From a virus, in IMG/VR virus record IMGVR_UViG_3300020182_001907: 64,000 nt of DNA; one strand, written 5' to 3'. This document shows positions 1-10,113 of this stretch, one piece after another. Within the stretch, counting starts at the first letter, position 1; the number at the start of each line of letters is the position of its first letter. Under the pieces are notes generated by a model. That model made no database searches. It was not told the origin of the DNA and saw only the letters and a list, made by a program, of their open reading frames with translations. The position numbers were made by a program, and so were the translations under genes.

Positions 1-2
1 GT

Positions 3-605
3 AACGAGTATTGCCACGAAGAAATAGACTGTATAGGAAGCAAGTTAATTCCTGTGTATGCAGCGGTTGGCGGAATGAAAAGATACTTTGAACAATTGTG
101 TGATTACTTTAGCAATCAAATACACAATCCTATGCAATGTATTATAGTACGACCTAGTAATGCATTTGGGCCTAACGATAAGTTTGATTATGATAAATGT
201 CATGTAACTCCTGCTAATATACGCAAGGTAGCAGACGGGTTGAATCCGATACCAATTTGGGGCGATGGTAAAGACATTAGAGACTTAATGTATGTAGAAG
301 ATATGTCAGACAGCATAGTTTTTCTAGCAGAAAATATTCACAAGTATGATATTGTAAATGTTTGTTACGGTAAGGGATATAGTATCAATGAAGTTCTAGC
401 TGTCATGAAAGATATTGAAAATAATGATAATCCAGTGGACTATGTTAATAATAAAGCATTCATGATATCTGTGAGACTTTTAAGTAGCAAAAAACTTAAC
501 GATATGGGATGGAAGCCTAAGTATACTCTTCGCGAAGGTTTGGAAAAAACTTTAAACTGGTATAAGCAAAATACACATTTATTCGATCCGGACAGCAAAC
601 CATGA
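3..605 (+). CDS. NAD-dependent epimerase/reductase, GDP-L-fucose synthase-like (5' truncated by window edge)
   Basis: Frame is open from base 3; motifs RPSNAFGPND, HVTPA, IWGDGKDIRDLMYVED and GWKPKYTLREGL are typical of extended SDR sugar epimerases. Confidence 0.85.
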   Translation, partial: NEYCHEEIDCIGSKLIPVYAAVGGMKRYFEQLCDYFSNQIHNPMQCIIVRPSNAFGPNDKFDYDKCHVTPANIRKVADGLNPIPIWGDGKDIRDLMYVEDMSDSIVFLAENIHKYDIVNVCYGKGYSINEVLAVMKDIENNDNPVDYVNNKAFMISVRLLSSKKLNDMGWKPKYTLREGLEKTLNWYKQNTHLFDPDSKP

Positions 606-1534
606 AAATTCTTATTACAGGTGGAGCAGGGTATTTGGGCTCCACAATGGCGGAATATCTCCTTGACTGTGGACATACAGTAACAGTTCTAGACAATTTA
701 ATGTACAAGCAGTTGAGTTTACTGCATTTATTTAAATGGGAAGGATTCAACTTTATAAAAGGTGATGTTAGAAATGTTAAACTGTTAAAAGAACTAGTAG
801 GAATACATGATGTTATTATACCTCTTGCTGCTATAGTAGGGATGCCTGCATGTAATGCCGACCCTGAACTTGCTGTAGCTGTAAATCAAAAACACGTAGA
901 AAACATTATTGCGTCAATGAACGACAACACCAAGATAATTATGCCTAACACTAACAGCCAATATGGAAGCAGTCAGGAAATTATTACAGAAGAAAGTGAT
1001 TTTAATCCACTTAGTTTATATGCTGAAACTAAATGTGCTGCTGAGGATGCAGTAATTGCTGCTGGCGGAGTAGCATTGCGATTAGCAACAGTATTCGGAG
1101 TAAGTCCAAGAATGCGTCAAGATTTGCTGGTTAACGATTTTGTTTACAGATCTGTAGTGGACGGTTATCTGGTTTTATTTGAAAGCCACTACAAACGTAA
1201 TTATATACATGTTCAAGATATAGCTAGAGTGTTTGCTTTTATGATCCAGAACTATGATGCTGCGAGTGGGCAAGCATTCAATGTAGGTCTAAGCAGTGCT
1301 AATTTAAGTAAACTTGAACTGGCAGAAAAAATCCATGAACACATACCTAATTTAGTTATATGCCAAGAAGAATTTAAAAAAGATTTCGACCAAAGAAATT
1401 ATATTATTAGTAATGACAAAGTAGAAAGCCTAGGTTGGAAACCACAATTTGGATTAGACTTCGGTATAGCCCAATTAATAACTGCATATCAAATGGTGCA
1501 AACTTACAACAACAGGAGTTTTACGAATTTATGA
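602..1534 (+). CDS. NAD-dependent epimerase/dehydratase (nucleotide-sugar)
   Basis: ITGGAGYLGS Rossmann motif, YAETK (YxxxK), RLATVFGVSPRMR. Confidence 0.9.
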   Translation: MKILITGGAGYLGSTMAEYLLDCGHTVTVLDNLMYKQLSLLHLFKWEGFNFIKGDVRNVKLLKELVGIHDVIIPLAAIVGMPACNADPELAVAVNQKHVENIIASMNDNTKIIMPNTNSQYGSSQEIITEESDFNPLSLYAETKCAAEDAVIAAGGVALRLATVFGVSPRMRQDLLVNDFVYRSVVDGYLVLFESHYKRNYIHVQDIARVFAFMIQNYDAASGQAFNVGLSSANLSKLELAEKIHEHIPNLVICQEEFKKDFDQRNYIISNDKVESLGWKPQFGLDFGIAQLITAYQMVQTYNNRSFTNL

Positions 1535-1956
1535 AATCTAGAAAATACAATCACACACTAGGAGACCTAATAGATAGGTTATCAATTGTTCAACTTAAAG
1601 AAGTGTTTATACCAGAGTTTAAAAATGAATATGCAGATGAAATTAACGACATTGTGCATGACATACAGCTAATTTTAGATGAAGAAAATCCTAAACTTGA
1701 TGCGAAAACCCTTAGAGCTATCATAGTATGTGCTCAAATGAATTTACATATTTGGCATAATGAGTCTAATTACCGACGAGGAATCAAGGAGGGTAATAAT
1801 CTAGAACTAACGCATGGATTAAATGGTATTCGTAATACCAGTAAAAATGTAATACAAGAAGCAGTGGGCGGTAGAAAAGATTATAAAGTAGACTGCTTGG
1901 CAGCTGATTGGAAAGATTGGTCAGTTAGTTGGGATGAACAAACAGGAGATAGATAG
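1531..1956 (+). CDS. Hypothetical helical protein (DUF6165-like), glycan-cluster associated
   Basis: ATGA overlap with upstream stop; TLGDLIDRLSIVQLK and NLHIWHNE motifs. Confidence 0.6.
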   Translation: MKSRKYNHTLGDLIDRLSIVQLKEVFIPEFKNEYADEINDIVHDIQLILDEENPKLDAKTLRAIIVCAQMNLHIWHNESNYRRGIKEGNNLELTHGLNGIRNTSKNVIQEAVGGRKDYKVDCLAADWKDWSVSWDEQTGDR

Positions 1957-2488
1957 GATGCTGTACAAGGACGAACTAAAAAATGCAATGACCTACATAG
2001 GCAAAAAACCTTTAAGTAAATTTATTGGGCAGCAAACGGTTTATCCTGGTAACGTTACAAGCGGCACTTTGGTAAATGTCCCTAGAGATAAATTATTAGA
2101 AGTGCCAGTGTTCGAAGAAGTACAAATGGGTATGAGTTTGGGTTATGCACTAACAGGAGGTACAGTAGTATCAATTTTTCCTAGATGGGACTTTTTGATA
2201 AGTGCTACTAACCAACTAGTCAATCATGCCGACAAATGGAAACTTTTAACTAATAAGGAAGTTAATTTGATAATTAGAGTGTGCAAAGGATCAAACACAC
2301 CGCTTAATCCTGGGCTTCAACACCAAGGTGATTATTTTGATGAATTCCAATCAATGTGTAAAAACGTCAATTTCGTAAAATTAACTAAACCAGCTCAAAT
2401 TTACAACAGTTATGCAGAAGCAACAGATCAAGGAGGTGTACATTTAATACTGGAGTACCCTGACTTATATGAAACAACCGATGAATAA
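1934..2488 (+). CDS. Transketolase / 2-oxoacid dehydrogenase E1 beta-like pyrimidine-binding subunit
   Basis: EVPVFEEVQMGMSLGYAL, DFLISATNQLVNH and GLQH motifs; lacks C-terminal domain. Confidence 0.8.
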   Translation: MNKQEIDRMLYKDELKNAMTYIGKKPLSKFIGQQTVYPGNVTSGTLVNVPRDKLLEVPVFEEVQMGMSLGYALTGGTVVSIFPRWDFLISATNQLVNHADKWKLLTNKEVNLIIRVCKGSNTPLNPGLQHQGDYFDEFQSMCKNVNFVKLTKPAQIYNSYAEATDQGGVHLILEYPDLYETTDE

Positions 2489-3329
2489 CAATACACGTTG
2501 GACTGAGAAAGCAATTGCATTTGCAGGATGCAGTTTTACCTGGGGACAAGGCCTTTATTATTATAGCGATTTAAGCACAGTGGTCCCAGTAGGCGAATAT
2601 GATTATCAAGATAATCTTGTTACTGAGATACAAAAAAAGTATGTAATGAGAAATAATTATAGCTGGCATGTTGCAAACTATTTTAACAGTGTTCAACTAA
2701 ACCAACTTAGGAACGGAGGGTCAAACTCCGATTGGATTAATTACTGGGGCGAAGATATATTGGGGGGTCCCAATCGGGAACATTATTACTATCCTGAGGA
2801 AATACACCTTTTTGTTGTCCAAATGACACAACCCCACAGAGACAATAACAGCCAATTATTTCCTTCAGATATGACCTATTTGGATGCATTAAACGATCCT
2901 AATCTACTTCCTGAAATAATGGAAATTCACGGCTTTAAAACAATACAAGAATTTACCAACGCTCATAATAAAATGGTTGTGGGAAATGTAAAAGCATTTT
3001 TACAAAAATTAGAAGCTCATGGAATACCTACTATGCTATATACCTGGCCAGCCGAGAATGTAAATCACATAATAAGTGATCCTTGGCTAGCTGAAAGATT
3101 TATGCGCATAACATATAATGGAATCACTTATGATTGTCAGTATGACTTGATGAACGATAATCCTCATCTAGTAATCAAGCACGACAAAAGTACGTTTGGT
3201 GAAAATTGCCCTACCGATCATCACCCTTCGTTAGAATGTCATAAAATAATAGCAGATAATGTAATACAACACATTACAACACACGATTTAATAAAGGAAA
3301 GAAATGAACGAGAGTTGGCAAGATCTTAA
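2469..3329 (+). CDS. SGNH/GDSL-like hydrolase or acyltransferase
   Basis: GCSFTWGQG, GGSN and C-terminal DHHPS (DxHP) motifs. Confidence 0.65.
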   Translation: MKQPMNNNTRWTEKAIAFAGCSFTWGQGLYYYSDLSTVVPVGEYDYQDNLVTEIQKKYVMRNNYSWHVANYFNSVQLNQLRNGGSNSDWINYWGEDILGGPNREHYYYPEEIHLFVVQMTQPHRDNNSQLFPSDMTYLDALNDPNLLPEIMEIHGFKTIQEFTNAHNKMVVGNVKAFLQKLEAHGIPTMLYTWPAENVNHIISDPWLAERFMRITYNGITYDCQYDLMNDNPHLVIKHDKSTFGENCPTDHHPSLECHKIIADNVIQHITTHDLIKERNERELARS

Positions 3330-3381
3330 ACATAATTTTTTTGAGCAGAAAGCCCGCCCTACTAGCAGAACGGATTAGCGT

Positions 3382-3774
3382 ATGAAAATATTTGTTAATG
3401 GTACCTTTGATATTTTACATCCTGGACATATGGCATTATTTGAATACGCAAAATCGCTAGGTAAGGTGAGAGTAGCAATAGATTCTGATGCACGAATAAA
3501 GTTAATGAAGGGCGATAGTAGGCCTATTAACAGTGTGGAAGTTAGGAAACGCATGTTAGAATGCATAAGATATATTGATGAAGTTAGTGTTTTCGGCAGC
3601 GATCAAGAACTGATTGACACGGTAAAGACTTATGCACCTGATATAATGATAGTGGGTTCAGATTATAAACACAAAACAGTTATTGGAAGTGAACATGCAA
3701 AAAAATTGTTTTTCTTTGAAAGAGACGATAGATATTCTTCAACTAGCATCATCCAAAATATTAATAATAGGTGA
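3382..3774 (+). CDS. Cytidylyltransferase-family nucleotidyltransferase, HldC/RfaE domain II-like
   Basis: GTFDILHPGH (HxGH), KGDSRPIN, GSDY and SSTSII motifs. Confidence 0.88.
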   Translation: MKIFVNGTFDILHPGHMALFEYAKSLGKVRVAIDSDARIKLMKGDSRPINSVEVRKRMLECIRYIDEVSVFGSDQELIDTVKTYAPDIMIVGSDYKHKTVIGSEHAKKLFFFERDDRYSSTSIIQNINNR

Positions 3775-4492
3775 CGGCTGTAAAGATATCTACCACTACG
3801 GCGATGTAAATAAGATCAGCCAGGAAGCCCCTGTGCCTATTTTTAAGCAAGTAAAAACGGATTTTAAATTAGGCATGAGTTACAATGTGTGTAGAAATTT
3901 TAATGCTCTTGGATCAAACACAGTACTGCAAAGTTATGTTGCAGAGAATAAACATCGATACATAGATAGAAAAAGTAATCAGCAAGTATACAGAGTTGAC
4001 GAATCTTTAGCAACACCTCGATCTGAATTTGATTGTAGTGGAGACTTTGATGCAGTAGTGATTAGCGATTATGACAAAGGCGCTTTAAGCTATGAAGATA
4101 TCGAAGAGATAATTACATCCGCGAATGCACCAGTTTTTATTGATACAAAAAAATCTGATCTTGCAAGATTTAAGGATTGTATAGTAAAAATAAATGAGAT
4201 AGAATACAATGATAGTGTTAGCTTGCCAGAGAATTTAATTGTTACTAGAGGCAGCAAAGACGTAATTGTTCTAGATCAAGGTAAAGTTACAAGTACGCAT
4301 CCTGTTAATTCAGTAGAGTTATATGATACTACAGGAGCAGGAGATAGCTTTTTAGCCGCATTTGTGTTATACTATATAGCTACAGATCATTTAGTAGACT
4401 CAATAAACTTTGCTGTTAGAAGTAGCCAAATAAGTATAACTAAACGTGGGGTATATGCACCTACTCTGGAGGAAATATGTCAACTAGACTAA
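3695..4492 (+). CDS. PfkB-family sugar kinase, HldA/RfaE domain I-like (start uncertain)
   Basis: ISQEAPVP, ISDYDKG and DTTGAGDSF motifs. Confidence 0.88.
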   Translation: MQKNCFSLKETIDILQLASSKILIIGDGCKDIYHYGDVNKISQEAPVPIFKQVKTDFKLGMSYNVCRNFNALGSNTVLQSYVAENKHRYIDRKSNQQVYRVDESLATPRSEFDCSGDFDAVVISDYDKGALSYEDIEEIITSANAPVFIDTKKSDLARFKDCIVKINEIEYNDSVSLPENLIVTRGSKDVIVLDQGKVTSTHPVNSVELYDTTGAGDSFLAAFVLYYIATDHLVDSINFAVRSSQISITKRGVYAPTLEEICQLD

Positions 4493-4836
4493 GTGGTGAC
4501 GTGCAAAAAACATGGGGGTCAGAAACAATTTGGTGTTCTAACGATTTGTATTGTGGCAAAATGCTTAATTTTAACACAGGACATAGTTTCAGTATGCACT
4601 TCCACAAGGAAAAAGATGAGACATGGTATGTGCTTAGTGGTAAATTCCAGTTAACAACTATTAATACAACAAATGCTGAACAACTAGTTGAAACACTACA
4701 CGCAGGAGATGTAAAACATATACCGCCTATGCTGCCTCATCAGTTACTGTGTTTAGAAGCTGGCACCGTTATTGAAGTTAGCACACCTGATAGCGTAGAA
4801 GACAACTACCGAATGTGGAGAGGACAACCATCATGA
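4477..4836 (+). CDS. Cupin-domain sugar isomerase (mannose-6-phosphate isomerase-like)
   Basis: KTWGSE, SMHFHKEKDETWYV and EVSTPD..DNYR motifs. Confidence 0.85.
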   Translation: MSTRLSGDVQKTWGSETIWCSNDLYCGKMLNFNTGHSFSMHFHKEKDETWYVLSGKFQLTTINTTNAEQLVETLHAGDVKHIPPMLPHQLLCLEAGTVIEVSTPDSVEDNYRMWRGQPS

Positions 4837-5198
4837 AATACATAATTGACATTGACGGAACTATATGTTATACCGATAAAAGTGAATATACTAAATCTAA
4901 GCCTATAAGTAGTAATATAGACCAAGTTAACAATTTGTATGACCAAGGACATGAGATTGTTTACTGGACTGCACGTGGAGGCAATAGCGGTATCGATCAT
5001 TCCGAACTAACATTAAAGCAATTGAGTGATTGGGGATGTAAATATCACTCAGTGATGTTTAACAAACCTACTTACGATGTGTGGGTTGACGACAAAGCTT
5101 CTTGGATTTTTTCTGAAACACCAAAGGCGCAGTTTAGTGACGAATTAAAAGAAAGATTAAAAAAATTAAGAGAACGGGATCCGTTTATATACAGATGA
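4833..5198 (+). CDS. HAD-superfamily phosphatase (capsule-biosynthesis type)
   Basis: DIDGT, TARG and KP..D.WVDDK motifs. Confidence 0.85.
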   Translation: MKYIIDIDGTICYTDKSEYTKSKPISSNIDQVNNLYDQGHEIVYWTARGGNSGIDHSELTLKQLSDWGCKYHSVMFNKPTYDVWVDDKASWIFSETPKAQFSDELKERLKKLRERDPFIYR

Positions 5199-6691
5199 AT
5201 AGAATATTAGGTATTAGCAGTATGTTCCATGATGCAGCAGTATGCGTTATAGAAGATGGAGAAATATTGTTTGCGAGTCATGCTGAACGTTATAGTAAAG
5301 AAAAGAATGATCCTTTTCTTAACGAACAACTAATGACTGAAGCTCTCAGTTATGGTCTACCTGATGTCATAGTGCTGCATGAAAAAACTTGGGCAAAGCG
5401 TTTGAGGAATATTGCTGGCAGACAATGGAGCGGATTGCGTGAACCTAGTGCAGAATCTTTTATTAAAACAAGCATGCCGTTTTTAAATGATGTACCAATT
5501 AAAAGCTATTGGCATCACGAAACACACGCAGCAGCTGGTGTACTAACAAGCAATTTAGATAGTGCTGCTGTTATGGTTATTGACGCTATTGGAGAATTTG
5601 ATACTGCTAGTATATGGCATTGGAAAGATAATAAATTAACAAAGAAACACAGTATAAAATTCCCTCACAGCTTAGGGTTGTTTTATAGCGCAGTAACACA
5701 TTTTGTCGGATTAAAACCCATGGAGGATGAATACATTCTAATGGGAATGGCAGCATATGGGAATGATGTTGTTGCTGCTGATATCGAAAGTGCAATGACA
5801 GATGTTTACTTTAATAATAAACAAGGCCCTATTAAATTTAGAGAAAATTTACAACGTGGGTTACCACATAAAAGCCATTTTAATCAATATGATAATATGG
5901 ACATAGCATTAGCTGCACAAAACATTACAGAAAAACACATACTGGACTATGCTAACATAGCAAAAAATATAACTGGAGAAAACAATCTAGTATTTATGGG
6001 AGGTGTTGCTCTTAACTGTGTTGCTAACAGTCGACTGTGTTCTTTGTTTGAAAATGTACACATAATGCCTAATCCTGGTGATGCAGGTAGTGCATTAGGT
6101 GCCGCAGCATTAGAATATTTTAATCAAACTGGAAATAAAGTAAACTGGAAAAGCCCTTACTTAGGAACAAACATACCAGGAAAGTATCCTGTGAATAAAG
6201 CAATGGGTGCACTAACATCAAATAAAATTTTTGGTATAGCAAACGGCCGGGCGGAGTTTGGACCAAGAGCGTTAGGTAATCGCAGTTTGATGGCAGATCC
6301 CAGAGGAGAACAAATTAAACAAAGAGTTAACGTAATTAAGAAGCGCCAACAATTTCGCCCTTTTGCTCCTGTTGTTTTAGAACAATACGCTAATAAATAT
6401 TTTGATATGCCAGTAGCATCAAGTCCTTATATGCAATTTGTTGCTAAATGTAAATTCCCTAATATGTATCCTGCTATTGTTCATGCAGACGGTTCAAGCC
6501 GTGTGCAGACAGTTAACAAGTCCCAACATCCTGGATTGTACCAACTGCTAATGGAATTTTACTCTTCAACAGGATGCCCTATGTTGCTGAACACTAGTTT
6601 AAATATTAAAGGACAGCCAATAATTAACGACGAGGATGACGCTAAAGCATGGACATTACAATATGGTAGGCCTGTATTTACACATGATTAA
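5195..6691 (+). CDS. Carbamoyltransferase, NodU/CmcH family
   Basis: HDAA, HHETHAA, GGVALNCVAN, EFGPRALGNRS, FRPFAP and LLNTSLN motifs. Confidence 0.93.
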   Translation: MNRILGISSMFHDAAVCVIEDGEILFASHAERYSKEKNDPFLNEQLMTEALSYGLPDVIVLHEKTWAKRLRNIAGRQWSGLREPSAESFIKTSMPFLNDVPIKSYWHHETHAAAGVLTSNLDSAAVMVIDAIGEFDTASIWHWKDNKLTKKHSIKFPHSLGLFYSAVTHFVGLKPMEDEYILMGMAAYGNDVVAADIESAMTDVYFNNKQGPIKFRENLQRGLPHKSHFNQYDNMDIALAAQNITEKHILDYANIAKNITGENNLVFMGGVALNCVANSRLCSLFENVHIMPNPGDAGSALGAAALEYFNQTGNKVNWKSPYLGTNIPGKYPVNKAMGALTSNKIFGIANGRAEFGPRALGNRSLMADPRGEQIKQRVNVIKKRQQFRPFAPVVLEQYANKYFDMPVASSPYMQFVAKCKFPNMYPAIVHADGSSRVQTVNKSQHPGLYQLLMEFYSSTGCPMLLNTSLNIKGQPIINDEDDAKAWTLQYGRPVFTHD

Positions 6692-6701
6692 GATACCGCT
6701 T

Positions 6702-6709
6702 AATAAATA
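6702..6709 (+). promoter_or_regulatory. T4-like late promoter element (AATAAATA), 5 nt upstream of ATG
   Basis: TATAAATA-like box; same spacing to ATG as four other sites in the window. Confidence 0.6.
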
Positions 6710-6714
6710 TTCCT

Positions 6715-9700
6715 ATGTTTGATATATATTATACTGGTACAAATTCCTTACTGCATAGCACATATCCCTTTGCAAAAAAATACACGGAAGATGCTAATCC
6801 ATTGACAAAAATGTATTGGCTAGTAGACTCTGACATAGAAATTGTTGATCATAGTATTTTTGAATACCGTCCTCCTGCACATCAGGAACAATATGAACAT
6901 ATCTGGAAATGGAATAGTAAAAATTACGGCGGTGTACGGCTGCTACCTAAAAAATCTCCTAAAGGTGTTGTAGAGATAAACAAAGTTGTATGTAAAAAAA
7001 CTATTAGGATACTTTTTGATTGTGATGATCCAGACGAATATTTTGAGAATAATACAGCAGAGTACGTATGGTGTGTAGATTCTAGATATAAGTTGCCAGA
7101 AGGTGGTTTAGAATGGGCACCTGATAACACTGAACTTCCTTATATACATAATTTCCATTTAAAAAATCAACTTCAAGACTATTATCCTGAAGATGAAGGT
7201 GGGGTGACGCTGTATCCTAGAGACTGGAAAAAGCTGACAAAAAAATATCACGGGATTATGCATTTGGATAGCAGATTGTATCCTGTAATGTATGTTAGTG
7301 ATCCTTCAGATTACTCGCAACGTAATATATACAATCATGATTATGTGTGGTTAATAGACAAAAACTATAAGATAAATGAAGAAACCCTTCAATGGACTCC
7401 TAGTGTGGGAGAGCCTGAACAGTACATACATAATTTTCGAATGCCACAACAACTAAAAGAAAAATATCCACGAGCAATGGGAGGCATTTACTTAGTACCT
7501 AAAAACTGGATGGATGCTCAGATAAAAATACACAAAGGTTGCCATGTTGAAAATGAGGAATATGATACATTTTTCACTAATAAACCGTTTAATGCAAGTA
7601 CATATGAATTCTATGCAAACCGTAGCCTAACCGATTGGTTTTGGATTGTTGACTTAGAATACAATTTTAACGGTAAACTAAGCTTTGTTCCTGACAAACA
7701 CGATGGTAAAGTAACCCACGTTTTTCACTTTCCTGGGCAATTGCCTGCCCGCTATCCAGACAACGTAGCTGACCTTCCTCCTGACGATACTCGTAATGGC
7801 GGAATAAGATTAGTACACAAACAATTTGATATAACTAAAAACAAAGTGTGCAGAGATATATTACCTATAATTTATGACGTATTTTTTGTACATCACACAG
7901 AATTAAATAATTACACCAAGTATGAAAAACTATCTAATACAAGTATGTTTTATCTGGTAGACGAGGAGTTAGTGTTCGACATTGACTCACTGAATTATGT
8001 TCCTGAACCTTGGGCGTATCAATACGTACACACATGGCATTTACCTCCTCAGCTGGAATATAGATATGATAACGAAGGAGTTGGTCCCATAAAACTTGTA
8101 CCAAATACTTTTGTTAATGATGGTCACTATAAGTTAATTGAAGGAGATTTGTTTATTGGTAACTATGAAAATCTATCTAAAATTACATATCCGGTAATCA
8201 GGTCAAAAACCGTGTCAGATTTATTTGATATAGATGAGGATATACCTGGGCTATGTTGGCTTGTTGACGATAATTATATTATAGATAATGATAAGTTAAG
8301 CAAGATATGGAATCCTTCTAGCGATACTATTAACTATATACACAACTTTAAACTTGCTAATCAGTTAACTGAACTGTATCCAGATGAGATGGGGGGTATA
8401 TACTGGCTTCCCGATAACTGGAGAGAATTAAAAAATACAAAAAATACATTAGTAATACACGGATCGCAAGCTTGGCAAGAAACTAATATTGATGCCGAAT
8501 TCCCAATATTTTATAACGAAGAAGAAGCTAATAATAAGTGTAAAGATGAAAGATTCTACTGGTTAATTGACCCTGATGTAACAGTAGTAGACGACTTTGA
8601 TTTTAATTTCCAACCAGAATTCTGGGATCATGATAAAACACATATTTGGCAAAAATGTAATCCAGTGACTAATTCAGTTTTTGATTACGGGGGTATACAA
8701 TTAGTAAGTCGACATGCCGACAAAAAGAAACGACCAAAACATATACTAGAACCTGGCTGTTACCAGAAACAGATTCCTATTCACACTTTAACAAATGAAA
8801 CTTCACTAGCAAAGCAAATGTTTGACTTTAGTGTCCAAGCAAAAAATAACGGATTTAAGATGTTTTGGGTATTAGATAGTAGTGTTGTATTACATGACGA
8901 ATGGGACTTTAGTTATTACCCATCGCAATGGGAGCAAAACTTTGTGCATGTTTTTCAAAATACTAATGGTGAGTATCGAGATGTGCGGTTAGTTCCGACT
9001 AATTTTATAGAAGATAATGCTGATTTAACACTAAGTGATTTTACATACAATAATCTAGAAAACTTAAAATATATAGATATTATTGCTACTACGATACGAG
9101 AATGGCCAGTGATAAAGTTAAACGTAATTAATGTAGAGATTTTCTTGCAAGAGTTGCAGTCATACAGAAACCAAGGAATTTCTTATGTATGGACTGTTTC
9201 TTCCTATGTTGATGTAAATGAACAGTTAATAAAAGATAGTTTCCAGCCAGCAGGAGTAGATAACGCAAAAATTCATATATTCCAAGATTTTTCTCCTCAT
9301 ACAGGTCGTTTACACAGTTATGGTAGGGTTATGCTGTGGCCAACAGATGGAAATTACAGCAATCTTACTAGCAAACAAATCGAAACAGCAAGTATAAAAG
9401 ATAAAAAATACGTTAAAGAAGTTGGATCTACATATAAAAAGTTTGATGTTGCCTTAATTACTTACCGTAACGAGAACGCTGATGAAAGATTTGCAAAGCT
9501 AAAAGAAAAAGCACCACACGCAATACATATAAAAGATGTTAAAGGTATTTTTGAAGCACATAAAGCAGCAGCAGGCCAGTCCACTACGGAGATGTTGTGG
9601 GTAGTAGACGGCGATGCTGAGATAGTAGATGACTTTAATTTTGATTACATACCAGATATATATGATACTAACACTGTACACGTCTATACCACTATTAACC

Positions 9701-10113
9701 CAATCACAGGTGACAAATACGGCTATGGCGGAGTAAAACTATTTAATAGAAATCAAATTATGAAAGTTGATAATTGGGGATTAGATTTTACCACAGGCCT
9801 CAGCAAAGATTTTAAATTAATGGACGAAGTAAGTAATATCACTGCTTTTAATACCAGTCCATTAAGCACATGGCGTAGTGCATTTAGAGAAGTAGTAAAA
9901 TTAACATTAAAGGGCGACAATGAAAGCTTCCAGCGTTTGTTTATATGGTCTGAACCTGAGATAGAAGATGCAGATTATATACAATATGCAAAAGACGGGG
10001 CAGAGCAGGGTTATAATTTTGTAATAGAAAATTCAAACAAACCTGAAAAACTACAGATAATAAACGATTTTGATGAATTAGAAAAGATGTTTAATGCCAA
10101 ATATGAAACTTAA
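6715..10113 (+). CDS. Large protein of about ten tandem glycosyltransferase(GT-A)-like modules
   Basis: Ten repeats of W(L/V)(V/I)D ... P ... H.(F/W) ... GG+.L+P; last module has AHKAAA..S.TEMLWVVDGD and TWRSAFRE. Confidence 0.7.
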   Translation: MFDIYYTGTNSLLHSTYPFAKKYTEDANPLTKMYWLVDSDIEIVDHSIFEYRPPAHQEQYEHIWKWNSKNYGGVRLLPKKSPKGVVEINKVVCKKTIRILFDCDDPDEYFENNTAEYVWCVDSRYKLPEGGLEWAPDNTELPYIHNFHLKNQLQDYYPEDEGGVTLYPRDWKKLTKKYHGIMHLDSRLYPVMYVSDPSDYSQRNIYNHDYVWLIDKNYKINEETLQWTPSVGEPEQYIHNFRMPQQLKEKYPRAMGGIYLVPKNWMDAQIKIHKGCHVENEEYDTFFTNKPFNASTYEFYANRSLTDWFWIVDLEYNFNGKLSFVPDKHDGKVTHVFHFPGQLPARYPDNVADLPPDDTRNGGIRLVHKQFDITKNKVCRDILPIIYDVFFVHHTELNNYTKYEKLSNTSMFYLVDEELVFDIDSLNYVPEPWAYQYVHTWHLPPQLEYRYDNEGVGPIKLVPNTFVNDGHYKLIEGDLFIGNYENLSKITYPVIRSKTVSDLFDIDEDIPGLCWLVDDNYIIDNDKLSKIWNPSSDTINYIHNFKLANQLTELYPDEMGGIYWLPDNWRELKNTKNTLVIHGSQAWQETNIDAEFPIFYNEEEANNKCKDERFYWLIDPDVTVVDDFDFNFQPEFWDHDKTHIWQKCNPVTNSVFDYGGIQLVSRHADKKKRPKHILEPGCYQKQIPIHTLTNETSLAKQMFDFSVQAKNNGFKMFWVLDSSVVLHDEWDFSYYPSQWEQNFVHVFQNTNGEYRDVRLVPTNFIEDNADLTLSDFTYNNLENLKYIDIIATTIREWPVIKLNVINVEIFLQELQSYRNQGISYVWTVSSYVDVNEQLIKDSFQPAGVDNAKIHIFQDFSPHTGRLHSYGRVMLWPTDGNYSNLTSKQIETASIKDKKYVKEVGSTYKKFDVALITYRNENADERFAKLKEKAPHAIHIKDVKGIFEAHKAAAGQSTTEMLWVVDGDAEIVDDFNFDYIPDIYDTNTVHVYTTINPITGDKYGYGGVKLFNRNQIMKVDNWGLDFTTGLSKDFKLMDEVSNITAFNTSPLSTWRSAFREVVKLTLKGDNESFQRLFIWSEPEIEDADYIQYAKDGAEQGYNFVIENSNKPEKLQIINDFDELEKMFNAKYET

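Noticed and set aside
3304-3378. 24-codon ORF with an SD-like sequence
   Set aside because: Too short and has no motif; cannot be supported as a gene
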